A stretch of 64,000 bases of DNA from the NCBI GenBank assembly GCA_008632985.1, contig QPGO01000041.1:434001-498000 (forward strand), read 5' to 3'. This document shows, one piece after another, positions 35,481-46,937 of the stretch; the stretch's first letter is position 1; each line of letters begins with the position of its first letter. Origin of the DNA: Psammoneis japonica. Its lineage: Eukaryota. The notes below the pieces were generated by a model that worked only from the letters and a program-made list of their open reading frames with translations, was not told the DNA's origin and searched no databases. Position numbers and translations under genes: made by a program.

Positions 35481-38400
35481 ATGGATATTCCAGAACAAGA
35501 GTCGAGAAATGCGACTTTTGCCGACGCAAAAGGGAGTGATGGCGAGGAACCGGAACAGCAAGAAGAACCAACGGAACAAGAGGCACGAAAATTACGTTTT
35601 ACCGAGAAGCAAGGCAACTGTCACTTTGAAACAGAGCAACAAGCTGAACCAATCGAGCAAGATGACCTGGCAGATGTCAACCCTTCTGTCATCACCACCA
35701 GAGGAAACATGAAGCTAGAGTTCGAAGAAGAAAAGGAGAGGGTCATGTCTGGAATACCGGACGATGTGCGTTCCGAGTTTGGCCAAGTCGGATTTGCCAA
35801 GCGGTCCGGAGACTATCTTCCAGTCATGTTTCTGAGTCCATACCAAGTGCCGCCTGGGGCGGTGAGAGACCATTGGATGGCAATGTACGAGAATGTGAGT
35901 GACATGCCATCGCAACGACTGACTGACTCAATCTTTTTCTTTACTGAAAACTCTAAATCCTTGTCCCATTTTATGATTTTTGCGAAACCCCAGACCAAGA
36001 ACCGTAGAGACAGCATGACGAGACTTGTTTATTGGTACGGAGAGCAAAATATGGAGGTGGCATTCTCGTTTATAAGCAAGAGGCATTGTATGTCGTACGA
36101 GGAGGGCGTTCAAAAGGGCAAGCACAAGCTCAAGCGGAGTATCCAGAAAAGGATGGACGCCGGCAAAAAGTTATCAGAAATAGATCAAAATTTGGTGAGA
36201 GGGCTGAAGGAAGTCAATGCTGACGCCATGAAAGACCCCAAGGATAGAAAGCTACCCTTTGGAGATTTTCCCGAGGAACACGAGGTTTTCGAGCTTGGAG
36301 AAGACGAGGAAGTGGACGAAGAACTCACAAGCATTGGTGAGGAACGGGCTGTCCAGAAAGAATTGGACGCCAGAAAAAAGGCATTGAAAACTGATCAGAA
36401 ATCGGTGAGAGGTTTGGAAGAAATCAATGCTGACACCCTCAAGGACCCCAAGGATCGAAATCTGCCCGTTGGAGATTTCCCCGAGGAACACGAGGTTTGC
36501 GAACCTGCAGAGGACAAGGAAGTGCACGAAGAGCCTATGAGCTGTGATGAGGAACCGGCTGTCCAGAAAGAATCGGATGCCGGCAAAAAGTTATCGAAAA
36601 CTGATCAGAACTCGGTGAGAGGGTTGGAAGAAATCAATGCTGACACCCTCAAGGACCCCAAGGATCGAAATCTGCCCGTTGGAGATTTCCCCGAGGAACA
36701 CGAGGTTTGCGAACCTGCAGAGGACAAGGAAGTGCACGAAGAGCCTATGAGCTGTGATGAGGAACCGGCTGTCCAGAAAGAATCGGATGCCGGCAAAAAG
36801 TTATCGAAAACTGATCAGAACTCGGTGAGAGGGTTGGAAGAAATCAATGCTGACACCCTCAAGGACCCCAAGGATCGAAATCTGCCCGTTGGAGATTTTC
36901 CCGAGGAACACGAGGTTCGCGAACCTGCAGAGGACAAGGAAGTGGACGAAGAGCTCACAAACAGCGGTGAGGAACAGGCTGTCCAGAAAGAATCGGGCGC
37001 CAACGAAAAAGATGTCGAAAACTGATCAGAACTCGGTGAGAGGGGTGGAAGAAATCAATGCTGACGCCATCGAAGACACGAAGGATCGAGAGCCACCCTT
37101 TGGAGATTTTCCCGAGGAAGACGAGGGAAGGGAACGTGTGGAAGATGAGGAAGTGGGCGAAGAGCTTATCAGCATTGATGAGGAACCGTTGCCAACGAAG
37201 AAAAAAGCAAAGAACGGATCGAAGGAAGTCGACAAAGAGCTCATGGGTGGGGATGACAAGCTGTCGCAGGAGAATGGAACAGAGGAAGGGCCGAAAAAGC
37301 CACATTGTGGAGAAAATTTGCATGTGGAACAAGAACAGGAGAAGGAACTCTCCGAAGGGGAGGAAGATGCAGTCTTGAGTGAGGACAACGACACAGGCAT
37401 ACAAGCGAGGGCAGAGAACGATGAGTTGATAAGACAATTGGATTCAAAGAAGGTTGCCGATGGAAGCATGGCAGGCCCGGGATGGTTGTGTGTCATGTGC
37501 TCATACCCTGGTGACAACAGTCGTACAGACAAATTGTGGGTTCCACCTTCTCGTTGTGGAAAAGGATTTCGATCCCTAAAGGCAGCCAATGAATTTGCGG
37601 ATTTGATGGAAAAATCTGGTGGCGAGGAAAGCGCATGGAAGACTTTTGCAAAAAGAAAGGGAAAGAACTTGGACTCGTTTGTGCGGAGTCTGCCAGCAAG
37701 TGCATTCACGAGAAATGTCAACAGAAAAAGCAACACCAGCAAGAAGAGGGTTCATGCTGGAGACGGTGATGTGTCGTCATCAAAGAAGAGAAAGACCACA
37801 ACCGGGAATCCGAAGAAGCGCACCAATGCCAGTCAACGTCTTGCCAAAGCTTCTGATCCAACCTCCCGGGATCAAGCTTCCCACGAGATGGCATCACCGA
37901 ATCGGAAAAGTGATGCCCGTTCCCAAGCACCCCAAGTTTCTCGGAAAAAAGCACCGTTGAATTGGAACGGTGACGCACCACCCCGAGCTTCCCTCAAAAA
38001 GGCATCATGGAACCGGAAAGGTGATGCACCTCCCCAGCCACCTGCAGTGAATGACTCAGACCGAGGGAATGCAGAGGACGAATATCATGAAGTTGAAAAA
38101 ATATTGGGGAGGCGCCAAAGGGGTGGCTGTGTCGAGCACTTGGTGCAGTGGAAGGGCTGTTCAGAAAACGAGAACAGTTGGGAGCCCAGATCAAACCTGT
38201 GCGACATGGCCGTTGCGGAGGCCGACAAAGTCTACAAGAAGGACAAGATGAAGAACATGCAGAGAGATTTAGGCCACAGTGTCTTGCTTCATTCCGCTGA
38301 TGAGTCCCCCTTCGCTGAACACATCTTGAATGACCAAGCGCTGATGTTCAATGGAGGATTCCCGGGGAGGATCATCATGGAGAGTCCAAAGAAAGTGGAC

Positions 38401-39986
38401 AAACAAGTTTCCTTTTGGTCTTTGCGCGCCGGAAAGCGAGTGCAGACATTGTCGTACCCTTTGGAGAAAAACATGAGAGTCCATGAACCCAGGAGAGAGT
38501 TCGTCCTGAATGGTGTTACCTACGAGCTAATTTCTTCAAAGATGCACAAGAACAAAGGCAGCAAGAAGGGGGGCCAGTGCAGTGAGAATACGAGCAGAAT
38601 TGATCTGTTGTATTTAGCCACCAAAGATCCAGGATTGGCAGACTGGAATCTCCAAGAGGAGTTGGAAAAAATCGCGGATTTCAGGTCTTTGTCTCCACAG
38701 AAGGCTGCAGCTCGTCTTGAATTGCTTCAGACTCCGGGGGAACATGTGTGGTTTTTAAAAACATCAGATTTTGAATTCATAGAGGAAGACTCTCACCAAG
38801 GATGTGGTTTCATCCCTGAAGACATTTTTGAAATGATGCTTGGTGACAACAAAAAAGCGAAGCGCACTGACTCTCTTCAGATGAGGGGAATTGGCCCTCG
38901 CATTGGTGTTCTTAAAGGGATGCTGGAAAGAAAGCAAGGGACAAGAAAGATTCAGATCCCTTCTAGCCTCCACAAGGTTGGCCCTTCACGGAAACGGAAC
39001 CCAGAGGACTGGGTGGTCCTCATCGCCAAAGGAACGTACCCCTCGTCAAACAATGAATGCTTTGGGAGACTCCTCGATCCCGAGGCCCCAGATCCTCCCA
39101 AGAAAAAACCAGAGTGCCCTGATTTAAGTGACATGCACTCACAAATGCTGGTGGGTCTTGGAGTTCCCAGAAAACAGTCACCAGCTACAAAAAGCGGGCC
39201 AAGCGTGCAAGCACACGCATGCACACTGCTTTGAGGGGAGTTATAGACCCAACAGGCCAGCTGCCAGAGAATTGCATTTTCATACCTGGCTACGTTGAGC
39301 ATTCTACGAGTGATGGAGAAGTGTCCAGGCAGCTGTTTGGTCAGATTCACCAGACTGTGTTTGTGACTAGATCCCCTTGTCTGGAGCCATCTGATGCAAA
39401 ACTTCTGCGTGTGGTCAGCAAGAAGCCAAGGACAATGACCAAAGCTTCATGGAAATTCTTGTGCGACCGTAAATTCGGTCACATTATATTTGCAGCGCCT
39501 GAGACCAAGAACGCAGTGCCGCTGCCATCCCTTGCTGGAGAAGGCGACTTGGATGGAGATGACTGTTTCGTACTTTGGGATGAAAGCGTTCTCGAACACT
39601 TAAAAAAGTGCAAAGTCTTGAGAGATTTGGATGGTGAAGGCACCGACAACAGTCAAGCAAGCGGACCGCCACGTCGCAAGGGATCCAACACGTGGATGAA
39701 GGAATGCCAGGAGCAAATGTTGAACTTGGATCTCCAGAATCGTGTGAGCCAATTAACTGGAAAACTTTACAATCTCTTCGGGGAGATGATTGCCGAGAAT
39801 TCAGAAGACGGGGAAAAGGACGCGCACTCCGTTGCTCGGGCATACAAAGATTCCATGGACATTTTAAAGCACGGTAGAAAAGTGTGTTTGCCCCAGCATC
39901 TTCATAAAAAAATTCCTCCGCATCTGCGAGAATTTTTGGCTGACCCCGGCTGGCAAGCACCGACATGCATTTTCCATCTTTTTTAG
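35481..39986 (+). CDS. Multidomain protein: PWWP-like, acidic repeats, MBD-like, chromodomain and cellular RNA-dependent RNA polymerase; two frameshifts (~37005, ~39175), so possibly pseudogenised
   Basis: RdRP motifs in order: KAAARLELLQT, GCGFI, LQMRG..GVLKGML, IPSSLHK, LRGVIDPTGQL, VFVTRSPCLEPSD, PLPSLAGEGDLDGDDCFVLWD (DLDGD at 39546-39560), SMDILKHG. Chromodomain EYHEVEKILGRR...VEHLVQWKGCSENENSWEP at ~38080-38240. MBD-like GW...TDKLWVPPSRCGKGFRSL at ~37480-37600. PWWP-like FGQVGFAK..YLPV..LVYWYG at ~35780-36110. Confidence 0.85.
35895..35993 (+). other. Probable 99-nt spliceosomal intron (in frame)
   Basis: GTGAGT donor, ctgac branch-like words, T-rich interior and CAG acceptor. Removal joins MYEN to TKNRR. 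Confidence 0.75.
36150..37190 (+). repeat. Five ~210-bp (70-aa) intragenic tandem repeats
   Basis: DQNSVRGLEEINADTLKDPKDRNLPVGDFPEEHEV... recurs at ~36183, 36393, 36603, 36813 and 37024. The middle copies are nearly identical. Confidence 0.95.
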
Positions 39987-40249
39987 AACATTTTTTTTAA
40001 ATTTTCACGAACATTTATCGGACCAAAGATGGACATTTGTGATCATTTTATTTTTATGCGTGTCGCTTGTTCACAGTTGGAGATTCAACTTTTCTTTTCC
40101 GCGAATATCAGTCTTTTATTTTCACGAATGTTTATAACATCAAACCAAAGATGGACATTTGTGATCCTTTTATTTTTGTGCGTGTCGCTTGTTCAGTTGG
40201 AAATGCAACTTAATCCTTTCCGCGAAGATTAGCCAAAGATGGGACACGT

Positions 40250-40660
40250 GCAAAGAGTCTTGAGAGTAAATGGTGAAGGCAACAACAACAGTGAAGCAAA
40301 CGGACCACCACATTGCAAGGGACCCAACACGTGGGTGTAAGAATGCCAGGAGATTTTCACCATCCTCATTTAACTGTTTTGTGATCACGCCAAAGATGGG
40401 CATTAGAAGGCATCTACCAAATGGGCCGCCACTTCGCAAGGGATCCAGCAGGTGGATGAAGAGAAATGCAGGAGCAAAAAATGAAGAAATTCTATCTCCA
40501 GTGTCGTGTCATCCATCCAGCTGGAAAACTTAATGGCCTCTTCTAGAAGTTTACCGAAAATTCAAATATGGGATATTTAAAAAGGACGGGCACTCCGTTG
40601 CTCGGGCGTGAAAAGATTTCATAGACATTTTAAAGCACTGCATAGAAGTGTTTTGCCCCA
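40250..40660 (+). pseudogene. Two degenerate partial copies of the RdRP 3' coding end
   Basis: 40250-40352 aligns by eye to 39610-39713 (atggtgaaggca..acaacagt.aagcaa.cggacc.ccac...gaatgccaggag). 40422-40660 aligns to 39662-39895 (aaaaggacg.gcactccgttgctcgggc, gacattttaaagcac). Confidence 0.85.
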
Positions 40661-41043
40661 CAAATCTACGGCAGCTACCCACCAGAAACCCCCACGTGTG
40701 TTTCTACGCCCGCTCTCGCACTGATGTCGTCCTTTTCAGAAGGCGTGTCGGGGGATTGGCCACTTCTGTCATTGGTGCACCCTTATTTTAGCATGATGTA
40801 CAATGATTTTCAGTGGAAAACGATTGGCGTCGACGCCTTGTGGTTCGTGTGCTTGTTGTCTCATTCGGCATGTTTTGTAGATTCGGTGCATTTTCTACAC
40901 ATGATCTAGTTCAAATTCTACGTGCTTCAGAAACACCCACCGACGATCATAGCGTCTTCGATGCGATCATCTTCCATCCACACCTATCATCAGCAAACAA
41001 CAATTTTTTTCTCCTGCCGGCTGTTCAAGTCCTTCTCCTGATT

Positions 41044-41400
41044 TGGTGCAAGTTCTGTCCCTGCTGTGGCGTTTGCGAGTGTTCATTTGGATAAACCATC
41101 GGCATCACTTGACGACCGTCCATTTGCTGCGCAAAATCAGCATTTCTACGCAAGATTTGGCATCAATTCTACATGAGAATAATGTTTCTTCCGACGTCCT
41201 TCTCTGCCACCACCCTCCCCTCTCCTGCCCTCAATCCTCCTGATGGTGCAAGTTCTGTCCTGCTGGCGTTGCGAGTGTTCATTTGGATAAACCATCGGCA
41301 TCACTTGACGACCGTCCATTTGCTGCGCAAAATCAGCATTTCTACGCAAGATTTGGCATCAATTCTACATGAGAATAATGTTTCTTCCGACGTCCTTCTC
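41044..41400. repeat. Near-identical direct repeat of ~160 bp, period ~197 bp
   Basis: tggtgcaagttctgtcc...ttccgacgtccttctct occurs at ~41044 and ~41224. Confidence 0.9.
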
Positions 41401-42591
41401 TGGCCTACCAACCCTGCCACCGGCACTCCGAGTAGTGAATGGTTTAATTTTGTTCCGGTGCGTGAAAATGTGAAACTCAGTCAGTCTTTGTTGAAGACAA
41501 GACACATCCTTGGAAGCAAGGTTTTTCTTTCAGAGTTTGCGCAATAATCTCATTTCTGTGCAATTTTATCTCAACCAGCTGTCTCCGTCTGGCGCCTCTA
41601 TCCGGAAGCGCCGCAACCGGCTGATCACATGAACTGCTGCCGCACCCGAATTGTGGGTTAGCCGGCGCCGGTGTTGCTGGGCAAAGGTGTAACAGCACTA
41701 AAAATTAGGTTTGAGTTTTGTTTTGTTTTTGCCCCAGCATCTTTATGAAACATGCCTCCACATCAGCAAGAGCTGTGCCAGATTCCATTATCGCGCGCCC
41801 AATATGGCAAATTACGCGCTAAAAACCCGATCCATTATTCGCACGACTGCACTGCACTAATTAACTTCACTGCGGGGGGTCCCTCTCTCAACTCTTGTTT
41901 TTGTACTTTCGTTATGTGTCAAGGTTACATAATACTCCAAAAGTTTTTGGACGTCCCACTGCGTTTTGGAGAAAGATCGACGATTGATCGTGGTGCCTGA
42001 TGTTCTCGTTTTCGTGCGCGATCGGGTGTTAACATGTATAGTTTTTGTATAAAAAAATAAACACTGTAAAAAGCCTTATTCAAATGCCACGGTATTGTGT
42101 TGGTGATCCAGCCATTGAGGACAAACCCGGGGATGACGCCCCTTAATGCTTACAAATTTTGTGTTGGTGATCAAGCCAAAGATGGACACTTTGATGAAAA
42201 CGGCTTTTGTACATGCAACTAAAGATTGCTTCTTCGAATTTTATCGTCTACGTGTTTTGTTGCGTGTCTATTCATAGTTTTGTGATCAACAGTAATGTGC
42301 GAAGGACAATGAGATAAAACTTTGCCGAGTTTATTGCTTTCTTATCTTCAGAGCTTGGTTTAATAACAGCAACAGAAATGAAATCAAAACGTGATTGCTA
42401 ATCCACTGGCTGGCACCCATCAAAAAGGGGGCCACTTTCAAACCTCCAAGCAATGAAACAAAAGTAGAAAGATAAAGAAAACACATTTTACACCCACAAA
42501 AACCACACCGGATTCTTTGTAGAAATGCAAAGCACACAGATTGGCACGAGTACAAGTATCTCGGAGATTTGAGCTAACATTCGTTTGTGGT

Positions 42592-42732
42592 GATTGCTGA
42601 AACCCTCAGGATTTGCACTGGAATCCGTGTAAAAAATTCCTGAATCTGGAAAAAATTATGAGATTGCTAAAGGCCACAGAATTTGCACTGGAATCTATGT
42701 AGAAAAATTTCTGAATCTGGAGAAAATTATGA
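42592..42732. repeat. Tandem duplication of ~70 bp
   Basis: gattgct.aa...atttgcactggaatc..tgta.aaaaatt.ctgaatctgga.aaaattatga is present twice. Confidence 0.85.
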
Positions 42733-43127
42733 AAAAGATTATCAACGAGCATGCGAGACAATGCGTGGGATGGTGGTCACCTTGAGTTCATCATCTACGT
42801 TTTTATTGCATGCCTGTTGTTTTTATTTCGTGATAATTGATGTTTTTTATACATAGGATCCTTGACTTTGCGTAAGATCATCAGGTGAAGTAAAAATTTT
42901 GTGAATCATCTGCTAAAGATCAAGTAAGATGGACAAATTTGATTCGGATCAACTACGTTTTGTGATGCATTTCTATTCTTTTTGTTTCGAAACAAATAAC
43001 ATATTTTGAGATTAGCCAAAGATAGACACTTTCATTTTCATGTAATAACCCATTTTTTATGACCAAAAATTATAATTTTACCTTTGCGAATAAATCACCA
43101 TTCGTTTTTTTTTGGAGACTCTAGCTT

Positions 43128-44223
43128 GTAAGGGCTTAGATGAGCGCGTGTAAATATGAAGTTGTCAGTCCCGCCTACTCGTGACTCAGTACTTTCCTAC
43201 GGTGAAAATTGCGTAGAAATCCGAAGATGACAAAAACGGTCCGATAACTTCCGCTAACAATAATATCAACTGCATGTAATGTACATTCAATGTTCTTTAA
43301 TATGTGAATGAACCACTTTAANNNNNNNNNNNNNNNNNNNNNNNNNNNNNNNNNNNNNNNNNNNNNNNNNNNNNNNCAGTTGATATTATTGTTAGCGGAA
43401 GTTATCGGACCGTTTTTGTCATCTTCGGATCTCTACGCAATTTTCACCGTAGGAAAGTACTGAGTCACGAGTATGCGGGACTGACCACTTCCTGTATCCG
43501 CGCGCGCATCTCAGCCCTTAAAAGCAACCAACATTTTTGAAGCGAAATATCTCTCGTAGACTTACAATGAGAAACTATTACGAGATGGACGCCTTTAGCC
43601 AAAGATGGATAAGTCTATTCCTTTCTTTACCAAGTAACTATTCTTTTCCTTACCAAGTAAGACTGACTGGCGTTAGATGGACAATACTTTTTTTAGAACA
43701 ATTTGTGCTTCTTGTTGCGTGTTGAGAAAAAAAACATTTGTGATGCAGTTACGATTCGTCTTTCGTTCGGAGCACCTTCCAATTCGTCAAAGTAACTGCA
43801 TCTAACGCTTAAAGAGGTTCATTCACATATTAAAGAACATTGAATGTACATTACATGCAGTTGATATTATTGTTAGCGGAAGTTATCGGACCGTTTTTGT
43901 CATCTTCGGATCTCTACGCAATTTTCACCGTAGGAAAGTACTGAGTCACGAGTATGCGGGACTGACCACTTCCTGTATCCGCGCGCGCATCTCAGCCCTT
44001 AAAAGCAACCAACATTTTTGAAGCGAAATATCTCTCGTAGACTTACAATGAGAAACTATTACGAGATGGACGCCTTTAGCCAAAGATGGATAAGTCTATT
44101 CCTTTCTTTACCAAGTAACTATTCTTTTCCTTACCAAGTAAGACTGACTGGCGTTAGATGGACTACACTTTTTTTAGAACAATTTGTGCTTCTTGTTGCG
44201 TGTTGAGAAAAAAAACATTTGTG
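43128..44223. repeat. ~190-bp inverted repeat centred on the N gap, plus a 481-bp-period tandem duplication of the right arm
   Basis: 43128-43321 is the reverse complement of 43377-43520 and of 43809-44001. 43377-43742 recurs at 43858-44223. The arms end in TTAA. Confidence 0.9.
43322..43376. other. Assembly gap (N run)
   Basis: Run of n bases. Confidence 1.
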
Positions 44224-45247
44224 TGACCCCTTGAAATGCCAACTGATGCAAACATTTTTTAAGAAAAATGTTTTGCCATCCTTTAAACATTAAATGCTAT
44301 TAAAAATGGAGTCCTTTTCTGAAAATGCAAATTGCAGCAAACATTTTTCAAGCAAACTGTGCTTTTCTGGATGTCTTCGCAAAGGTCAGAAAACCTGAAA
44401 GACTTTGAAGGCTGCGTGACTGCTCGATGTGACTGACTTTGACAAGTGGTGGGCTTTCACTGGGCCAGAGGCTCTTGCTGGCAGAAATGTCATGGCTCTG
44501 ACACCCAGCAATGACAGGAACAACAGTGCAGTCCCTTTTCTCTTGCCAGACCAACACAGCAGTGAATGATGGGATGTCAAAGGATTTGCAAGGTTGCACT
44601 GTCGCAGTGACAAATGGAGTCTGTTCATGAAGCTGCGAAACCAGCAGAAAGAAGAGCTGCGAAAGCAGGGCTAAATGCAAAATGAGCCGGCACACACGCT
44701 AACAATGCCAGGCAAAGAGCCAGATCAGCAGAATGCCAAAGTTGCGGAACAGACAGAGGGGTGTGCCCTGTGTGGTTCAAAGATTTAATTTTGGAGCAAA
44801 ATGCCATCCATCCAAAACCATGTGAGCTTTGAAGTTGCAGGATGACTGACAGCGGCTCTTGGGTTTGTAACCCCTGGAGACTCCTGTCTATTGCACATCT
44901 CACAAATGCACAGTGTGCTAACAGTTGAGTGTTGCTCTAAAGTGAGAGTCATTCTGCGATGCCTCACACGCACCACATCTCACGCCGTATCTTCTTCTTC
45001 AAGTGCCGATCGTCTGACCGTCGTACGACTGACATCCAACACACTCCTTTGCACAAGCAAGTGCAATTGAGAATTGGGATTCTTGGGCATACAACGAGGT
45101 CATGCAGCCCATCCCGTCACCTGGAGAGTGCTCACTTTCTGGGAGCTTTTGTCCTTCTTGTTTTCAGGACAATTCGCTTTAACGTGCCCATGCTTTCCAC
45201 AACTCCAGCACTTCACTCCGCTTGTTTCCGCAAACAACAATCCAACT

Positions 45248-45625
45248 TCTTGATCTTTTTGTCCTTGAAGGACAACACAAGGTCAGGAACTCCAGAGCAT
45301 CTTCGACCATCTCAGGATGTTTCTCATGTCCCAAAGCATGATCAGAGTCTGCAGCCCAGTCAAAACACAGCCAAACTTCTTCTTGCAAACTCCATTCAAA
45401 AACCTGGCAGCTAAAAATTTGTTCTTTTCAATCTTTCTCTTGATCTTTTTGTCCTTGAAGGACAACACAAGGTCAGGAACTCCAGAGCATCTTCGACCAT
45501 CTCAGGATGTTTCTCATGTCCCAAAGCATGATCAGTCTGCAACCCAGTCAAAACACAGCCAAAAATTTCTTCTTGCAAGCTCCATCCAAAAACATGGCAG
45601 CTGAAAACTTGTTCTTTTTAATCTT
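45248..45625. repeat. Tandem duplication, period ~189 bp
   Basis: cttgatctttttgtccttgaaggacaacacaaggtcaggaactccagagcatcttcgacc occurs at ~45249 and ~45439. Confidence 0.9.
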
Positions 45626-45851
45626 TCCAGATTGATTGTCTTGGGATGCTCATGCTCCAGAAACTTCGTCGCTTCAGAGTCATCACTGGCTTTCGCATGG
45701 CAGCTCCATGCTTTCGCCCTGCATGCTGGGCCATCTTCTTGGCAATTTCTTCACACTCCATTGCGGAAATGTTGGAACAGAGTGTCTGATCACTCCCAGC
45801 TCTGCCCATGAGACAAAAGCTTGCAGCAGAAGCAATGGATGGCAGAAACGC

Positions 45852-46937
45852 TCAAATGATCTTTCGACTGCTTTCAGGTTTCCGCAAAAGAATGACAACA
45901 GTGATCTTCTCCTTCTTTTGCAGTTGACAGAAGTGGTTCCTCGTGAGATCTTTGTGATCTCTTGTGTGGCAGACTTTTCCAATCCCATTGCCGGAAGATG
46001 CCTCGCCAACATTGGAGGATGTCTCGCCATCCTCTGGAGGCTCTGAACCTCTTGCCATGTCTGCACAACTCCCAGGATCTGCTGGCATTCTCAACACACT
46101 CCTGCGGTGATGTGCCTTCCTCATCATCAAGTGCCTGCACAAATCCAAGGATCTGCCGCTTGCCCTGGAAGCGAAGGACCGTCTGACCACCAACTGGTGG
46201 GTCGGCTGATGCGTCGTTCGTGGTGCACCCCGACACGCGAAGCCACGCGGGAATCACCGCGTCATTGGGCAAGGGATCGGTGCACTCAGTCTCCACCAAA
46301 CAGAGGGTCAAGAGCTCTGCTGGGGCTTCTGAGCTTGTGGGGGCAGATTGACGGAGCTGCCCCTGGTCATGTGGACACGGCATTTCATGATGGAGCTGGG
46401 GCACGAGATTGAGGACAATGTCGTGCTCCAGGACAACAAGAGCGCCATGCTCCTTGAGAAGAATGACCGAGCCCCCAGTGGCCAACGCACACGACACATC
46501 AACTTTCAACACTTCTTTGCAACTGACAGGATCAAAAACAAGGAAGTTCGAGTGGCGCGCTGCCCAACCGAGGAGGTGTGGGTGGATTTCTTCACCAAAC
46601 CTTTGCGGGGGGACTGTTCCAAAAATTTAGAAAGCTGGTCCTTGGCCTGCCTGATGATGAGGAAAACATCTCACCACAGGAGTGTGCTGAGAATGCCGGC
46701 AGAACCCGGAGCCATGCAGACGTGGTGAGAGGTTCAGAACCTCCAGAGGATGGCAAGACATCCTCCAATGTTGGCGAGGCATCTTCTGGCAATGGGATTG
46801 GAAAAGTCTGCCATGCAAGAGATCACAAAGATCTCATGAACCATGCTTCCAGAAGCAGATCAACTGCAAAAGAAGAGAAGATTGCTCTTCTCATTCTTTT
46901 GTGGAAATCTGAAAGCAATCAAAAGAGACACTTTGAC
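45852..46937 (+). mobile_element. Ty1/copia RNase H fragment flanked by inverted copies of its own 3' end (PPT plus LTR start)
   Basis: WW...DASFVVHPDTRSHAG...GKGSVHSVSTKQ...QDNKSAMLLEKN...RTRHINFQHFFATDRI...CPTEEVWVDFFTKPLRG. Arms 45852-46129 and 46652-46937 are inverted repeats containing caggagtgtg(t/c)tg. Confidence 0.88.

Noticed and set aside
38500..39986. Viral RdRP or endogenous RNA virus
   Set aside because: The catalytic motif is DLDGD of the cellular double-psi-barrel family, not a viral GDD palm, and the gene has a probable spliceosomal intron.
7983..39986. RRP6, RdRP and U6 as a functional RNA-silencing gene cluster
   Set aside because: They are separated by unrelated genes and TE debris, and eukaryotic proximity alone is not evidence.
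40021..40400. CCAAAGATGG repeats as a CRISPR-like repeat-spacer array
   Set aside because: The repeat is too short, spacing is irregular, and the intervening sequences are homologous to each other or to the RdRP tail.
43537..44206. Twin 62-aa ORFs
   Set aside because: They result from the 481-bp duplication, start at TTG and show no recognisable motif.
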